Source: Lingula anatina (Eukaryota > Animalia > Brachiopoda). From it: a stretch of 64,000 bases of DNA. Shown one piece after another: positions 14,901 to 28,067 of this stretch; position 1 is the first letter of the stretch, and each line of letters starts with the position of its first letter. The DNA lies in contig CM120646.1 in the NCBI GenBank assembly GCA_051362555.1, positions 24,180,001-24,244,000 of the forward strand. The letters run 5' to 3'. The translations under genes were made by a program, and so were the position numbers. The notes below the pieces were generated by a model. That model worked only from the letters and a program-made list of their open reading frames with translations. It did no database searches and had not been told where the DNA came from.

Positions 14901-15884
14901 ACGCGCACAATTACAGCACTATCTTAGCAGACGTTTTGTCTCTCACCTCAGTAAATTGTTCTTTTTTAAATGTCTCGATGTAAGTCTTCAAAGCAAAATA
15001 ATTTCACGTGTTTTACATTCTGTTGATTTTAGATAAAAACGAATTGTTCCTTTTTCTGCCGTGTTATCTTTGCCTGCACACACATGCAAGCGCTTAAATA
15101 GAAACATAGCACAAAGCGATAAAACTTAAAACTCTGTGAAGCAGCTAAACCTTTCATCTCTGTTACGTTGTAATTTTGTACGACTTGAGATATCTAGATA
15201 CGTAATGAATCTTACCTAGGTGTGGGCATTCGTTTCAGCGGCGTCTATTCAGCGCACACTTGGCTTAACCCTCTCAACTGACATGTTCACATTTACCGTG
15301 AAGTTGTTAACCCATATATGACATTATTGTCATCCCACATGACGTGTTTTTGTCACTAATGTATCATAGTAAATGTCAACTGCTGAAATACGTTTTGTGT
15401 TCTATTTCATGTAAAATTCATTAATAGAACCGATCAATTCGGTCGTACCTCTCCTCAACCTGGCTCAAGTACCTTGCACAGCCGACGGCGTTTCTGTACA
15501 AATACGATAAAATGCGCCTTTCTGAATGCTGTGACTTTGGGCGCCTTTTATCGTAGATTTTAATTCATTACTATTCATTGAGAGGCACCCTTAAAGGGAT
15601 GCTGTACGTTTTGTTTATAAGGTAAGAACACAGCCATTAGCAGTTCTCACGTTTACGTAGATCTAAGTGGGCTGTCCGGCTTTATTATTATTTTTGTTTG
15701 ATACGAATATGATAATTTATGATGATAAATGAGAAGTGCTTTGTCTCTCTCACTCACTATTTCCATTAAAACGATTAATTCTCCTTCATATGTATGACAA
15801 CTCTATCTAACTAGGTACTGTGCTCTAGTCATAAAGAGGAGCTTACCATCAGTAGGGACTCACCCACTTCTGCCGCCGCAATAC

Positions 15885-16802
15885 CAGCAACACAGCACCG
15901 CCAGAAACATCAGCAACACAGCACCGCCAGAAACATCAGCAACACAGCACTACCAGAAACATTAGCAACACAGCACTACCAGAAACATCGGCAACACAGC
16001 ACTACCAGAAACATCAGCAACACAGCACTACCAGAAACATCAGCAACACAGCACTACCAGAAACATCAGCAACACAGCACTACCAGAAACATCAGCAACA
16101 CAGCACTACCAGAAACATCAGCAACACAGCACCGCCAGAAACATCAGCAACACAGCACTACCAGAAACATCAGCAACACAGCACCGCCAGAAACATCAGC
16201 AACACAGCACTACCAGAAACATCAGCAACACAGCACCGCCAGAAACATCAGCAACACAGCACCGCCAGAAACATCAGCAACACAGCACCGCCAGAAACAT
16301 CAGCAACACAGCACTACCAGAAACATCAGCAACACAGCACTACCAGAAACATCAGCAACACAGCACTACCAGAATCATCAGCAACACAGCACTACCAGAA
16401 ACATCGGCAACACAGCACTACCAGAAACATCAGCAACACAGCACTACCAGAAACATCAGCAACACAGCACTACCAGTAACATCGGCAACACAGCACTACC
16501 AGAAACATCGGCAACACAGCACTACCAGAAACATCGGCAACACAGCACTACCAGAAACATCGGCAACACAGCACCGCCAGAAACATCGGCAACACAGCAC
16601 TACCAGAAACATCAGCAACACAGCACTACCAGAAACATCAGCAGCACAGCACTACCAGAATCATCAGCAACACAGCACTACCAGAAACATCAGCAACACA
16701 GCACTACCAGAAACATCAGCAACACAGCACTACCAGAAACATCAGCAACACAGCACTACCAGAAACATCAGCAGCACAGCACTACCAGTAACATTAGCAA
16801 CA
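15885..16802. repeat. 26-bp minisatellite, ~35 copies
   Basis: CAGCAACACAGCAC(TA/CG)CCAGAAACAT units. Confidence 0.95.
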
Positions 16803-18289
16803 ACAAGTGAAATGGAAGTCTTCACCATAAGAAACGCCGCCTGGCGGCTATGTTCCAAAGTTGCCCTTACTGACCGTGATACTGACTGTCTCTCTCAATG
16901 TCCAAACTGTCCTGAAAGACAGGTACACATTCTTTACCCCCACATCAAACTGAAGCGTCCACCTCTCACCTAAAACTTGAAGCAAGTTTTAAGAATTTCA
17001 TGACGGCAGACTGTTCTGTCGGTCACGCAACGCGGAGGTTAGATATAACGGGGTTTGTTTCGATATTTATGTAGTTTAAGGGTCATTCATCTTACGTTGA
17101 CCACCTCTTGATGTTCTGTAGTGTCAACGCTAAGCAGGAGGTACTTAATTAAGGTTTATGTCATCCAGGTTAATCACTATCTTCAATGTGGAGGAGAATA
17201 TTGAAGTAGAAATATAATGGCCCTCTGTCTGAGGAAATGGCACTACATCAGTAAGCAGTCTTCGTTCTAAAACAAATTAATAATAATAATAATAATAAAA
17301 TTCATAAAATTTCAAAAATCTTACGGGCAAAGATCTACAAATAAAGAATGTCTTATACGCACTGCCCGCATGTCACCTCGCGGATAACGAGAACCTTGTC
17401 ACACACTGAAGCGAGAGCAGTAACAAGTAATGATGAAAATGCCCTTCACAAATGGATAATTATGGCTTCTAATAAACGACTATTTTCGTTTATTTGTATT
17501 TAAGACACGTATTCATTTGCATGTACTATTAATATTGACATTCATAAAGTAACTGACATGAAGGTGCTTATCCCTTTCAGTTGACTGTGTATTTATTCTA
17601 TAAATGTCCAAGTGGTCGAATAAAAACTCGTGATAAAACCTCCGTCTGTTGATGCATTCCAGGTGCGCTGAAACAGTAAATCCCCGGATGATGAAGTCAC
17701 CAATTAAACAAGCACTGCTCATTTGAGACGTTAATTAAAACAGATTTACCGAGATTTATTCTTAGCTTATCCTGATCCAGTGACGCACGGAGGAACAAAT
17801 CGCACACAAAATGAGCTATTCTTACATCCTCAAATACTAAATATAAACATGCTCTTTGTCTACCCAGGTATTATACACAGTGCTGAACTGCTGACGTAAA
17901 TTTCGATTGATTTGGTATAGAAATAGGCAGCACACTGTCACAAACTGTATGTTATGACCTTTCAGGAATAAAAAGAAACGTCCTACAAATACTTGAAGGA
18001 TCATCCCCTTCAATGAACAAATCGTGGCGAGAACTTTCGACCCTCACTTAATTGGCCTACGCCGCAGCAGGTGGATCGGAGACAAGACGCTAAGAAGGAC
18101 CTTTGTTATCCAGAGAACTAAAACATGTTTACTAAACAATGTGAATTTAAATCAAAGAATAAAACCACTTGTAGCACTATACAATGAAGACAAATAACGA
18201 TTTTAGAAGAGACATATAAATAATTATATTTTTACAGTGATTATCATTTTCTTGGCAGTAAACATTGCTTCACACCTTCTGTTGTCATA

Positions 18290-18503
18290 GACTGGGTTCC
18301 CATGCCTAGATCGATCCATCTGGATCGGTCTCACTCCCTGGAGAGTCTCACTAAAATGCTATCCGAATCAGCTAAGGGGTAAAGATAATTACCCCCTAAT
18401 AGCTTTACTAGGCGTGACAGACATTTAAGCCGGTCACGTTGGTAGCAATTTAGCGAGACTCGCCAGGGAGATAGATCGATCCAAATATCTGTGGGAATGG
18501 TCC
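18290..18503. mobile_element. degenerate foldback MITE-like element
   Basis: Subterminal inverted repeat CTCCCTGGAGAGTCTCACTAAAATGCTA / TAGCAATTTAGCGAGACTCGCCAGGGAG; interior resembles the element at 54635-54850 in inverted orientation. Confidence 0.7.
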
Positions 18504-18998
18504 TATAGAGTATTGTTTCAAAAGTTTAAATTTGTATAGTACTGAACTTAATCAAGGTATCCATTACATTTAAGTTAACCTCATTAACATCATTTCAAAA
18601 GTCACTTATTTTGTTTTCATATCTGCGGGTATCACAAGCGCTAATGTGGTGTCATTGACAGTGACAGCAGTGAGGTGAAACAGGGCGCGAGCTGCGGGCT
18701 TCATTAACACAGCACAGGAAGGTGACATGTATGGTTGACATAGTTCTGTATACTCTGAGGAGTGTGTCACCTCATTCACCAAAACCTCTGCTGTATCAGA
18801 AAACGTCGACAAAACATACAAATAGAGAGATAAATGTATGCATGGATGCATGGGTGCACAAACAGACAGACAGACAGACAGACAGCAAGAGAGAGATGAA
18901 TCTGTTTCTGACATTGTATAGTACTGAACTTACCGAGTCCTCATTCGAACCAGTATTGGAACGCATTCAGTAAAGCAGACCTTCCATTGCAACATTCC

Positions 18999-20018
18999 CC
19001 TGTCACTACTGACAGTGGTCAAGATGTCACCCAGGTCACCCAGGTCACCTGTCACTACTGACAGTGGTCAAGATGTCACCCAGGTCACCTGTCACTACTG
19101 ACAGTGGTCAAGATGTCACCCAGGTCACCTGTCACTACTGACAGTGTGTCAAGATGTCACCCAGGTCACCTGTCACTACTGACAGTGGTCAAGATGTCAC
19201 CCAGGTTTCCTGTCACTACTGACAGTGGTCAAGATGTCACCCAGGTCACCTGTAACCTGTCACTACTGACAGTGGTCAAGATGTCACCAGGTCACCTGTC
19301 ACCTGTCACTACTGACAGTGGTCAAGATGTCACCCAGGTCACCTGTCACTACTGACAGTGGTCAAGATGTCACCCAGGTCACCTGTCACCTGTCACTACT
19401 GACAGTGGTCAAGATGTCACCCAGGTCACCTGTCACTACTGACAGTGTGTCAAGATGTCAACCAGGTCACCTGTCACTACTGACAGTGGTCAAGATGTCA
19501 CCCAGGTCACCTGTCACTACTGACAGTGTGTCAAGATGTCACCCAGGTCACCTGTCACTACTGACAGTGGTCAAGATGTCACCCAGGTTTCCTGTCACTA
19601 CTGACAGTGGTCAAGATGTCACCCAGGTCACCTGTAACCTGTCACTACTGACAGTGGTCAAGATGTCACCAGGTCACCTGTCACCTGTCACTACTGACAG
19701 TGGTCAAGATGTCACCCAGGTCACCTGTCACTACTGACAGTGGTCAAGATGTCACCCAGGTCACCTGTCACCTGTCACTACTGACAGTGGTCAAGATGTC
19801 ACCCAGGTCACCTGTCACTACTGACAGTGTGTCAAGATGTCACCCAGGTCACCTGTCACTACTGACAGTGGTCAAGATGTCACCCAGGTCACCTGTCACT
19901 ACTGACAGTGTGTCAAGATGTCACCCAGGTCACCTGTCACTACTGACAGTGGTCAAGATGTCACCCAGGTCACCTGTCACTACTGACAGTGGTCAAGATG
20001 TCACCCAGGTCACCTGTC
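18999..20018. repeat. ~40-bp minisatellite with 382-bp higher-order repeat
   Basis: CCTGTCACTACTGACAGTGGTCAAGATGTCACCCAGGTCA units with 41- and 47-bp variants; the order of variants recurs at a 382-bp offset (19318 vs 19700). Confidence 0.95.
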
Positions 20019-21150
20019 ATTCTAGCTTTGCCTAGCACACAGGTATAATGGGAGAGAATGTTGCATTAATAAATGACCTAAAATAGAAATTGCCGAAATA
20101 TAATGGGCCTAATATTCCCTACCTCGCCGACCAGCTCTCCATGGGGACCACTGCTCCCTCTGCAAGGACCACGGGAGTTATCTCTATATAGAGCTTCACA
20201 GTTATATCAGCACCACCAACATAAATGTCTCTAAGTTTTCACAGCTGGGCCCTGGGGCAGAGTCACCGTCTTCTCCGTGGTTATTGTAGTAAGAACGGCC
20301 GTGGTAGACGAGGTTTTTCTGGGTCTGTTGTCCCTCGACCACACCTAATGACAAGACTTGATCATGTTTAGTACATATGTCTGTCCCCTGAATACAGCAT
20401 GGAGCAGGGAGCGTCTGTAATCCATGCGTTCTTAAGCAGAATGAAGGGTACACTTAACTAACATTGGTAAAATCTATCCCTTTGAAGAGTTAAACATGAG
20501 TCAATAATTCGATTGACAGGGACTTAATCAAAATATCAGCTTCATATTCATTGATATTTTCTGCTGAGATATCAAAATAAATACGACCTTTCTCACATTG
20601 GTTTATTTCTTGGTACTAGTTCGGCAGCACAGATAAATCCATTTGGTTTACGTTTCAGTACCATCCTACTGGTAAATGTAATTCAATTCAACCCTTGCTA
20701 TTTTGACACGGTCCCTCAGTCCACAGCTGAGCAAGTAGTGTGCGTGTAACCCCACAGTGACACAAACATCACAGCTTGTTTGACTTCCAGATTACACCAT
20801 CTTTCTCTCAAGTACCCCATAACGTGACTCAATACCTTGTAACACAAAAAGAGGACGCCGGTGAAAATGTCAACGTGTCTGACTGCCACTACTTGCATTT
20901 TGCTGTGTCTAAACGAAGACCCACGATATGACACTATAGTTGTCACTTATTTACATGATCATATTTATTTGGACTCTGAACTGCTATTTTGTAATGATCA
21001 GAAGTTATCTAATGGTGTTAGAAAATACTATTCCTACTATGTAAGCCTTTCCTCAACAGCTGGAACTAAATCTTCTAGCCATCTGCAACTCCGCAACTTG
21101 TATCTTGTAACTTACTAGGAACTAATTATCTTAAAATTTTGGTGTATGAC

Positions 21151-21302
<152 letters not shown>

Positions 21303-23472
21303 AATGCAATACGTGTATATAAAAATACGGCAATATTGTTGACAGCATGGACCCTGTGGTTATACAGGCGTCGACAAGGACCACTGACATCTTTTCCTTT
21401 CGCTCTGTCGTCTGCATACATAAAAAAATACAACAAAATTCAAGACGACCTTTTTACCTTAGTTTTACATTCCTATTACAAAAAACTTACTATCAGTAAA
21501 CGTGAAAAGCACTTAGAAAACGCAGACGTCTGCCATGGAAACTCGGTCATCATTGTCATTTATCATTACTAATTAGTGTATCAATTATTAATTAACCCAA
21601 TTCTCATGATTAAAAAATCAATTATTAACTGACTGGTTCATAAGCTAAATACTTATTTTTGCATATTATTTTAATATATCAATTTTGTAATTAATCGGTT
21701 GAATAATTAATATACAAATTGACTAACTAATTACTACATCACCACCCAAATATAGCCTATTTCTGACCAAATCCGAAATTTTCATCAAAATCCATGACAA
21801 AGACTCTTCAAACATCCATCATAAATTGGCTGAATGATTTTTCAATGAATACGTTTTACAACGGAATTGTCCTTCATGGAATAACCTGACCCTGAACCGT
21901 AAACATTTAAGGCGCTGACTGAGATTATCTCAGCAAACACATAACATAATTATTATTACCTTAAAAACACTTATATAACAAAAAAATAAAAGTTATAGTA
22001 CCGTTCTAAAACGTTCGTTGTTTGCTGGGATGCTGTGGGAAAGCACAAATAACGACATCAAAGGTGAAGACGCGTTGTGAGCTTAATTCAACATTAATCT
22101 GAACACCAGACAAGAAAAGATAAGAGGCCATTTTAAGACATGAACATTAAAGACGCAACTTTCTTCTGGTTGTTAATGGCTTTTTGCACGGTTCTTTCAG
22201 AATATGCTTAACTATGTATGTTAACTTCAGAGTGTATATATATATATCTTACATGGATAACAGTGAGGCCATTGGCAGTTTTTAAACTGTAGTAAATTAT
22301 GCGACACAAAATCAAATATTGAGAGGAACAGACTACGCTTGTAGTTTACTCTTTGACTTTCACCGCCTGCTAATGAGCAAATCACCTGAGCTGTGAACGC
22401 ACATAATATTACCGTTAACAATATTAAAATAACAATAAAATACCTGACCTCCTCGTGATCGCATTCTTAACGCCGATTTTAGTAATTTTTTTTAATGGAA
22501 GCTTTTATTATCAAATACAATTGTTAGTAATTGATGCCTTTGATTTTCATACGTCATATGTTCGGTGAGCTAGGGCGTCGATTCAGGCCATTTAGCGCTC
22601 TTCTTTCAGATGCACATTTTCATTAATTTCAGAGCATTTTTGTGCAGTAACGAGTCATCAGTCATAAAGATTTCAGAAGCAATGCAACGAAATCAGTGAT
22701 GTGAAGAGACTTTAAAAAACATGCAACTGATGAATTTGTATGAGCAGAGTGTCACTGAATGTGATCACTTTCCCCCTTGTGGTGACTGCACCCTACAGTG
22801 CGCTCTGATCAAGGGAAAATATATTTTAAAGATATGTATATACTTATTCTTTTGATTATGAATTCTCACTTTTATACTCATTTATCGCTTTTGTGTATGT
22901 ATCCCTTTTTAATCCACAACAGTTTTAGATGCCATTGCTGTACAGCGTGCAGAGAGCGCCCATGCCATGCCCAAGAAACACTGTTTGGTATCACTCTTCT
23001 ATTCAAACTATTCTATCCAAAAACCTACCACCCAAACGAGTTCTAACAGGAAACGCTGATGACTCTGTCGTGCATTTAAACCCCATTTAACTATTGAGGG
23101 GTTCTACGGACAAACCTTTTACAACGGACAAAACGGTCAATCGTTCAATGCGCGCGTCTTGTTATATAGAAGAAACTTGCGGTAGTTAAACCGACACATG
23201 ACACCGGTAATACAACCGATTTGTAAGAAGTAACATTTTTTGTTGCAGAAATAAAACTGTAGCACAGTTGTAGCAAAGAATGGTAAGAATACAACCGCTG
23301 CTGGGTTAGCCTGGTTATTGGGAATATTCTCCTGTTGTAAAATGAGGTTTTATTTCGTTATTCTTCACGCTGCAAAACGCCTGGATTGAGTATTTTATTT
23401 CTGTTTCCTTTTTACAAAACTTTTCTCGCTAAAAAATACCTTGTAGATCCAAATCGTATTACTCTCTCTCTT

Positions 23473-23529
<57 letters not shown>

Positions 23530-24070
23530 ATTGCTGAACATAAATGATTGTAAACTGTCGCTGACATATCTCCCAGTGAAGAGAGCTCCCTGCCTAGGTG
23601 ACCAGCGCTTGCTGTCCCTGCTTAACTGGCGTGAAGATAGTAGCCAATGAACCGGTTTGGGTTGAACTCCTGACCTTACTATTGAACTTAATCATCTGTG
23701 GCTCACAGCGGCCGCCAGTGACCGTCGTTGTAATGTAGGGGGCTCAACAATGTGACGAAAGGGAAAAAAACGCGATGCTTACTGATGTGAACAATTTAAG
23801 AAGCTTAGCCATGAAAATATGTTCTCTGGGGTCTTTCTTTTGTTTGATACACCAATAGAAATTGTTGTGGTGTTTACGATTTGGTACAGACGACTTGCTT
23901 TTAAACCACGGAAATGTGAAATAATGTTGTAGCTTATTTCAATCAAATATGGGAGTGTGATTTCCACTACAACTGTTACTGTATTTCGATTATTTATAGA
24001 TATTGTATTTTATTCTGAAGCGCTCTACAGGCCGTCAATATAAAGCGTCAACCAGTGAGATGGACACAAA

Positions 24071-24298
24071 GACCGCATTCTGAGCCACCCATCCTACCAG
24101 CTTGTTCGTTTCAACTCTGCAGGGGATATCGCTAAAGTGCAATCAGTGGAATCAGTTTATCAGCGTTCAATTTTTTGACACGCCTTCCCGAGCAGCTAGG
24201 GAGTAATTAACTATCGTACGCTGATCAAACCGATTCCACTGATTGCAGTCAAGCGTAAAACTCCTCAGCTAGTGCGATGTTGGAATCTGAATACGCCC
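24071..24298. mobile_element. degenerate foldback MITE-like element
   Basis: Starts GACCGCATTC like the element at 46316; internal inverted repeat TGCAATCAGTGGAATCAGTTTATCAGCGT / ACGCTGATCAAACCGATTCCACTGATTGCA; shares a GGG.GTAATTAACTAT core with the element at 54635. Confidence 0.65.
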
Positions 24299-27076
24299 AT
24301 ACAACCCCTCGGTCCAATGTCTGGCCGCTATCTACTGGTTTAGTATAAAGAGCAAATCCTAATTTTAGTTGGAAATACTTGTCTGTCTTCCAAAATCCCT
24401 TCTACATCTGTACGTGTGTCAGGTACCATGTGGGAACCAAGCCCTAGCCAAGTTACCCTAGCAAATACCGTCAAATAAACCATCTTCATTAATTTAAACA
24501 TTTTTATAATGGTCGATCCAATCATTTGAGGAAAACGAATTGACACCCAGATTGCAATACACAAAATTGTACAACTCCTAATTCACCATGTTCAACTCCG
24601 CACACTCTCTCTATAGTACGACGATTAAGATAATTATATTGAAATAACTGTCGCAATATAGCCCATAATTCGTAAGCCTTAAATTGTCTTTCGATTCTCG
24701 TGTAGTAACCGTTGTGACGCGGTCTGCAGTCAAATAGATTTACTGTGACGCCTGCGTCTTCTGACATTTACTGCTTCATACTGTTTTCAATTGGGCTGTT
24801 AAAATGTAGTTATACCACAGGGCCATCTGGATCTGCTATTGTGTGGGCTATCAAAAAAATTAAAGAAAACGATTTTTGTGTCTTTTTTAGCTACAGAAGC
24901 CACAGACACAGAGCACATGGACGATTGTAAAGTAGAACGGATATCGAAGATTTATTGTACATTAGTTTTCTTATTTCTGTTCGACCGTCTGTCTTCAAGG
25001 AACTGCAATGATCTGCCTCGGGTGCATGTCGCACCATAATCTGAGAGAGAGAGAGAGAGAGAAATGGAATACTCTGAGAGAAAGAGAATTACACTAGAAC
25101 AAAAGCAATGCCCACCAATGTATTTTCTGAGCACATGTTTAATCTTTCCCCTCATGTTTGCCAACCAGAACATCGCAAAATGTCTCTGGCATGTCGCAGA
25201 CGTCACAAGAAATCAGCCATTTTACCATTCATGTCGCACGAAACATTCACGGGCTTAAATGATCAGTTTCCCAACTAATTGTTTTCACAATTATAGTGAA
25301 AAAACCACTTAATTTGCTTTATCTAATTAATCTCGCTATCTAAGTAGGTTGTCTAAGTGCGTTGATATTTTAAGTTGGTGTAATAAAAAAAAGTGGAAGA
25401 TGGAATGTCCACAGATTACCTACATCTCGGCGTGAGCTGGAAGTACGAGCTCTTTTCTAACAGTTTGAATTATGGTGTTGGTAATCAACCATTAAACTTG
25501 CTTCAGTTTGAAACATAAAATCTCCTGTAAAGTTTTAAGCTATAGAACTCACAAGTGGACAAACAGCGCAGATCTCGGTGGTGATAAACACGTGACATGA
25601 CAGTTCAATGTAGACCCCAGTTTAGGGATATCTTGGATTAGATTAAATATCGCTTTGGGCTCGAAATTTCTACCCCTGTTATCTGTTCATGATGTGAATA
25701 TGGGGTTTAACCTGTGATATATTCCGTGATTAGATTGTACATCCTATCTAGTGCACTATACAGAGACAGCCTTCTGGAACTTGTTTAGAGCCATTTTAAT
25801 GGCTGAACACCCGTCAAACATGATCCACTTGACATAAATAAAAAAACTTGCCGTGCCTACCTGCTTCTGTCTTCGTGTCTTTCCTCAGCGTTTGATTCTT
25901 GCGACACTGCTACAGCAACGACATGAACGTTCACTATCTTCGTTTTTCTGTTAAATCCAAGGAAATCCCTGGGATAACATGTCGCTGGCGTGGCACGGGG
26001 CTGCTCTACGGGTCAGGCTTTATTCTGGTCACTAATGGTCACTTAAAGACTTGACCACCTTTAAGCGTCCAGCGTGGGAAAGGCTAATGTCCGACTGTCG
26101 ACCATCAGTATTAGGCTCAGATGAAGCTCTTTATTTCACTACCGCGTTCAACGATGTCGATGTCGTCTGCTCAGAGAGACGGTGTCGTCTGCGCAAACTG
26201 AACCCAGTCAACTGTCACACGTGTTGACCACAGTGTGGCTTTAAAGCCCCCGTTATTGAGGGGGGTTAGGAGAGGGAGACAGGAGTTGGCTATTAGTCAA
26301 TGTCGGTCTCTCAGAATATCATGTATAAATTTAATGCGGTTATCTTAGTCATCAAGTTAAATGTAGTAGCAGTTTCTTTTTATAGTGAACATTATCCAAT
26401 CGCGCCCATTTCTATAACCAAAATACCATATATATCCGATACAATAATGGATCCCAAAGTATACTGGACTAGAATCCGGAGAACAGATAAAACAATGACT
26501 GGTCGTATTCAGTGAGTGAACATCATGAACGCTGCTGTATGGTATGATATCCGAGTACAGACGTCGGGGCCCCCCTTTCTCCACCCTCCTCGCGGGCGGA
26601 CAAGGTAAAACTAACGACAAAAGAATATCTATGTCCAGTTAAACCTTGGTTAATACCGTGACACTCTATCCATTCAGAGTCCTGACAATTGACTTTTAAC
26701 TTTAACACCTCAAGCTGAGAGAAATTTATTGATAGCTACCTTACAATATCTCTGCAAGTGTTTGAGTTTTCAAACCAAGAAACAAAAGTTCAAATTAACG
26801 TGCAAGGAATGTTTTTGAAATGCAACGAGACTGTTAGACGTAATTTACGTTTAACTGTAAATGAATGCATACCTTTTTATCTAAAAGTTCTTTTTTTAAG
26901 TAATGCAACATTTACCAAGAATATTGTCATGATTCTGATTGTGTTACCACTCGTTCCTTGTATATATGATTAGGGGTGGAGGTGTAAGGTGGGGCTGGGG
27001 CTGAGTGGGGTGTAACGTGAGGTGGGGGGTGGCGTAAAGTCGGTGGGGGTGGGAGGTTGGGAGTTGGAATAGCCAA

Positions 27077-28067
27077 TGGTACACTGGTTGTCACCACTGA
27101 TGAAGCTGTTGTCACGGTACACTGGTTGTCACCACTGATGCAGCTGTTGTCACGGTACACTGGTTGTCACCACTGATGTAGCTGTTGTCATGGTACACTG
27201 GTTGTCACCACTGATGAAGCTGTTGTCACGGTACACTGGTTGTCACAACTGATGTAGCTGTTGTCACGGTACACTGGTTGTCACAACTGATGTAGCTGTT
27301 GTCACGGTACACTGGTTGTCACAACTGATGTAGCTGTTGTCATGGTACACTGGTTGTCACCACTGATGAAGCTGTTGTCATGGTACACTGGTTGTCACCA
27401 CTGATGCAGCTGTTGTCACGGTACACTGGTTGTCACAACTGATGCAGCTGTTGTCACGGTACACTGGTTGTCACAACTGATGTAGCAGTTGTCATGGTAC
27501 ACTGGTTGTCACCACTGATGTAGCTGTTGTCACGGTACACTGGATGTCACAACTGATGTAGCTGTTGTCATGGTACACTGGTTGTCACCACTGATGAAGT
27601 TGTTGTCATGGTACACTGGTTGTCACAACTGATGTAGCTGTTGTCATGGTACTCTGTTTGTCACAACTGATGTAGTTGTTGTCATGGTACACTGGTTGTC
27701 ACCACTGATGTAGCTGTTGTCACGGTACACTGGTTGTCACCACTGATGAAGCTGTTGTCATGGTTCACTGGTTGTCACCACTGATGAAGTTGTTGTCATG
27801 GTACACTGGTTGTCACAACTGATGTAGCTGTTGTCATGGTACACTGGTTGTCACAACTGATGTAGCTGTTGTCATGGTTCACTGGTTGTCACCACTGATG
27901 AAGTTGTTGTCATGGTACACTGGTTGTCACCACTGATGAAGCTGTTGTCATGGTTCACTGGTTGTCACCACTGATGAAGCTGTTGTCATGGTTCACTGGT
28001 TGTCACCACTGATGAAGCTGTTGTCATGGTTCACTGGTTGTCACCACTGATGAAGTTGTTGTCATGG
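27077..28067. repeat. 38-bp minisatellite, ~26 copies
   Basis: TGGTACACTGGTTGTCACCACTGATGAAGCTGTTGTCA units. Confidence 0.95.

Noticed and set aside
18606-20387. Two exon-like minus-strand segments (20123-20387 and 18606-18790) with plausible AG/GT sites flanking a satellite
   Set aside because: The first has four in-frame stops before its donor and neither resembles a family I recognise; at best a decayed gene. TBLASTX or RNA-seq would be needed.
23580-23716. Possible tRNA or tRNA-derived SINE head on the minus strand (GGTCAGGAGTTCAACCC)
   Set aside because: Only a B-box-like fragment; no cloverleaf and no second copy in the window to support it.
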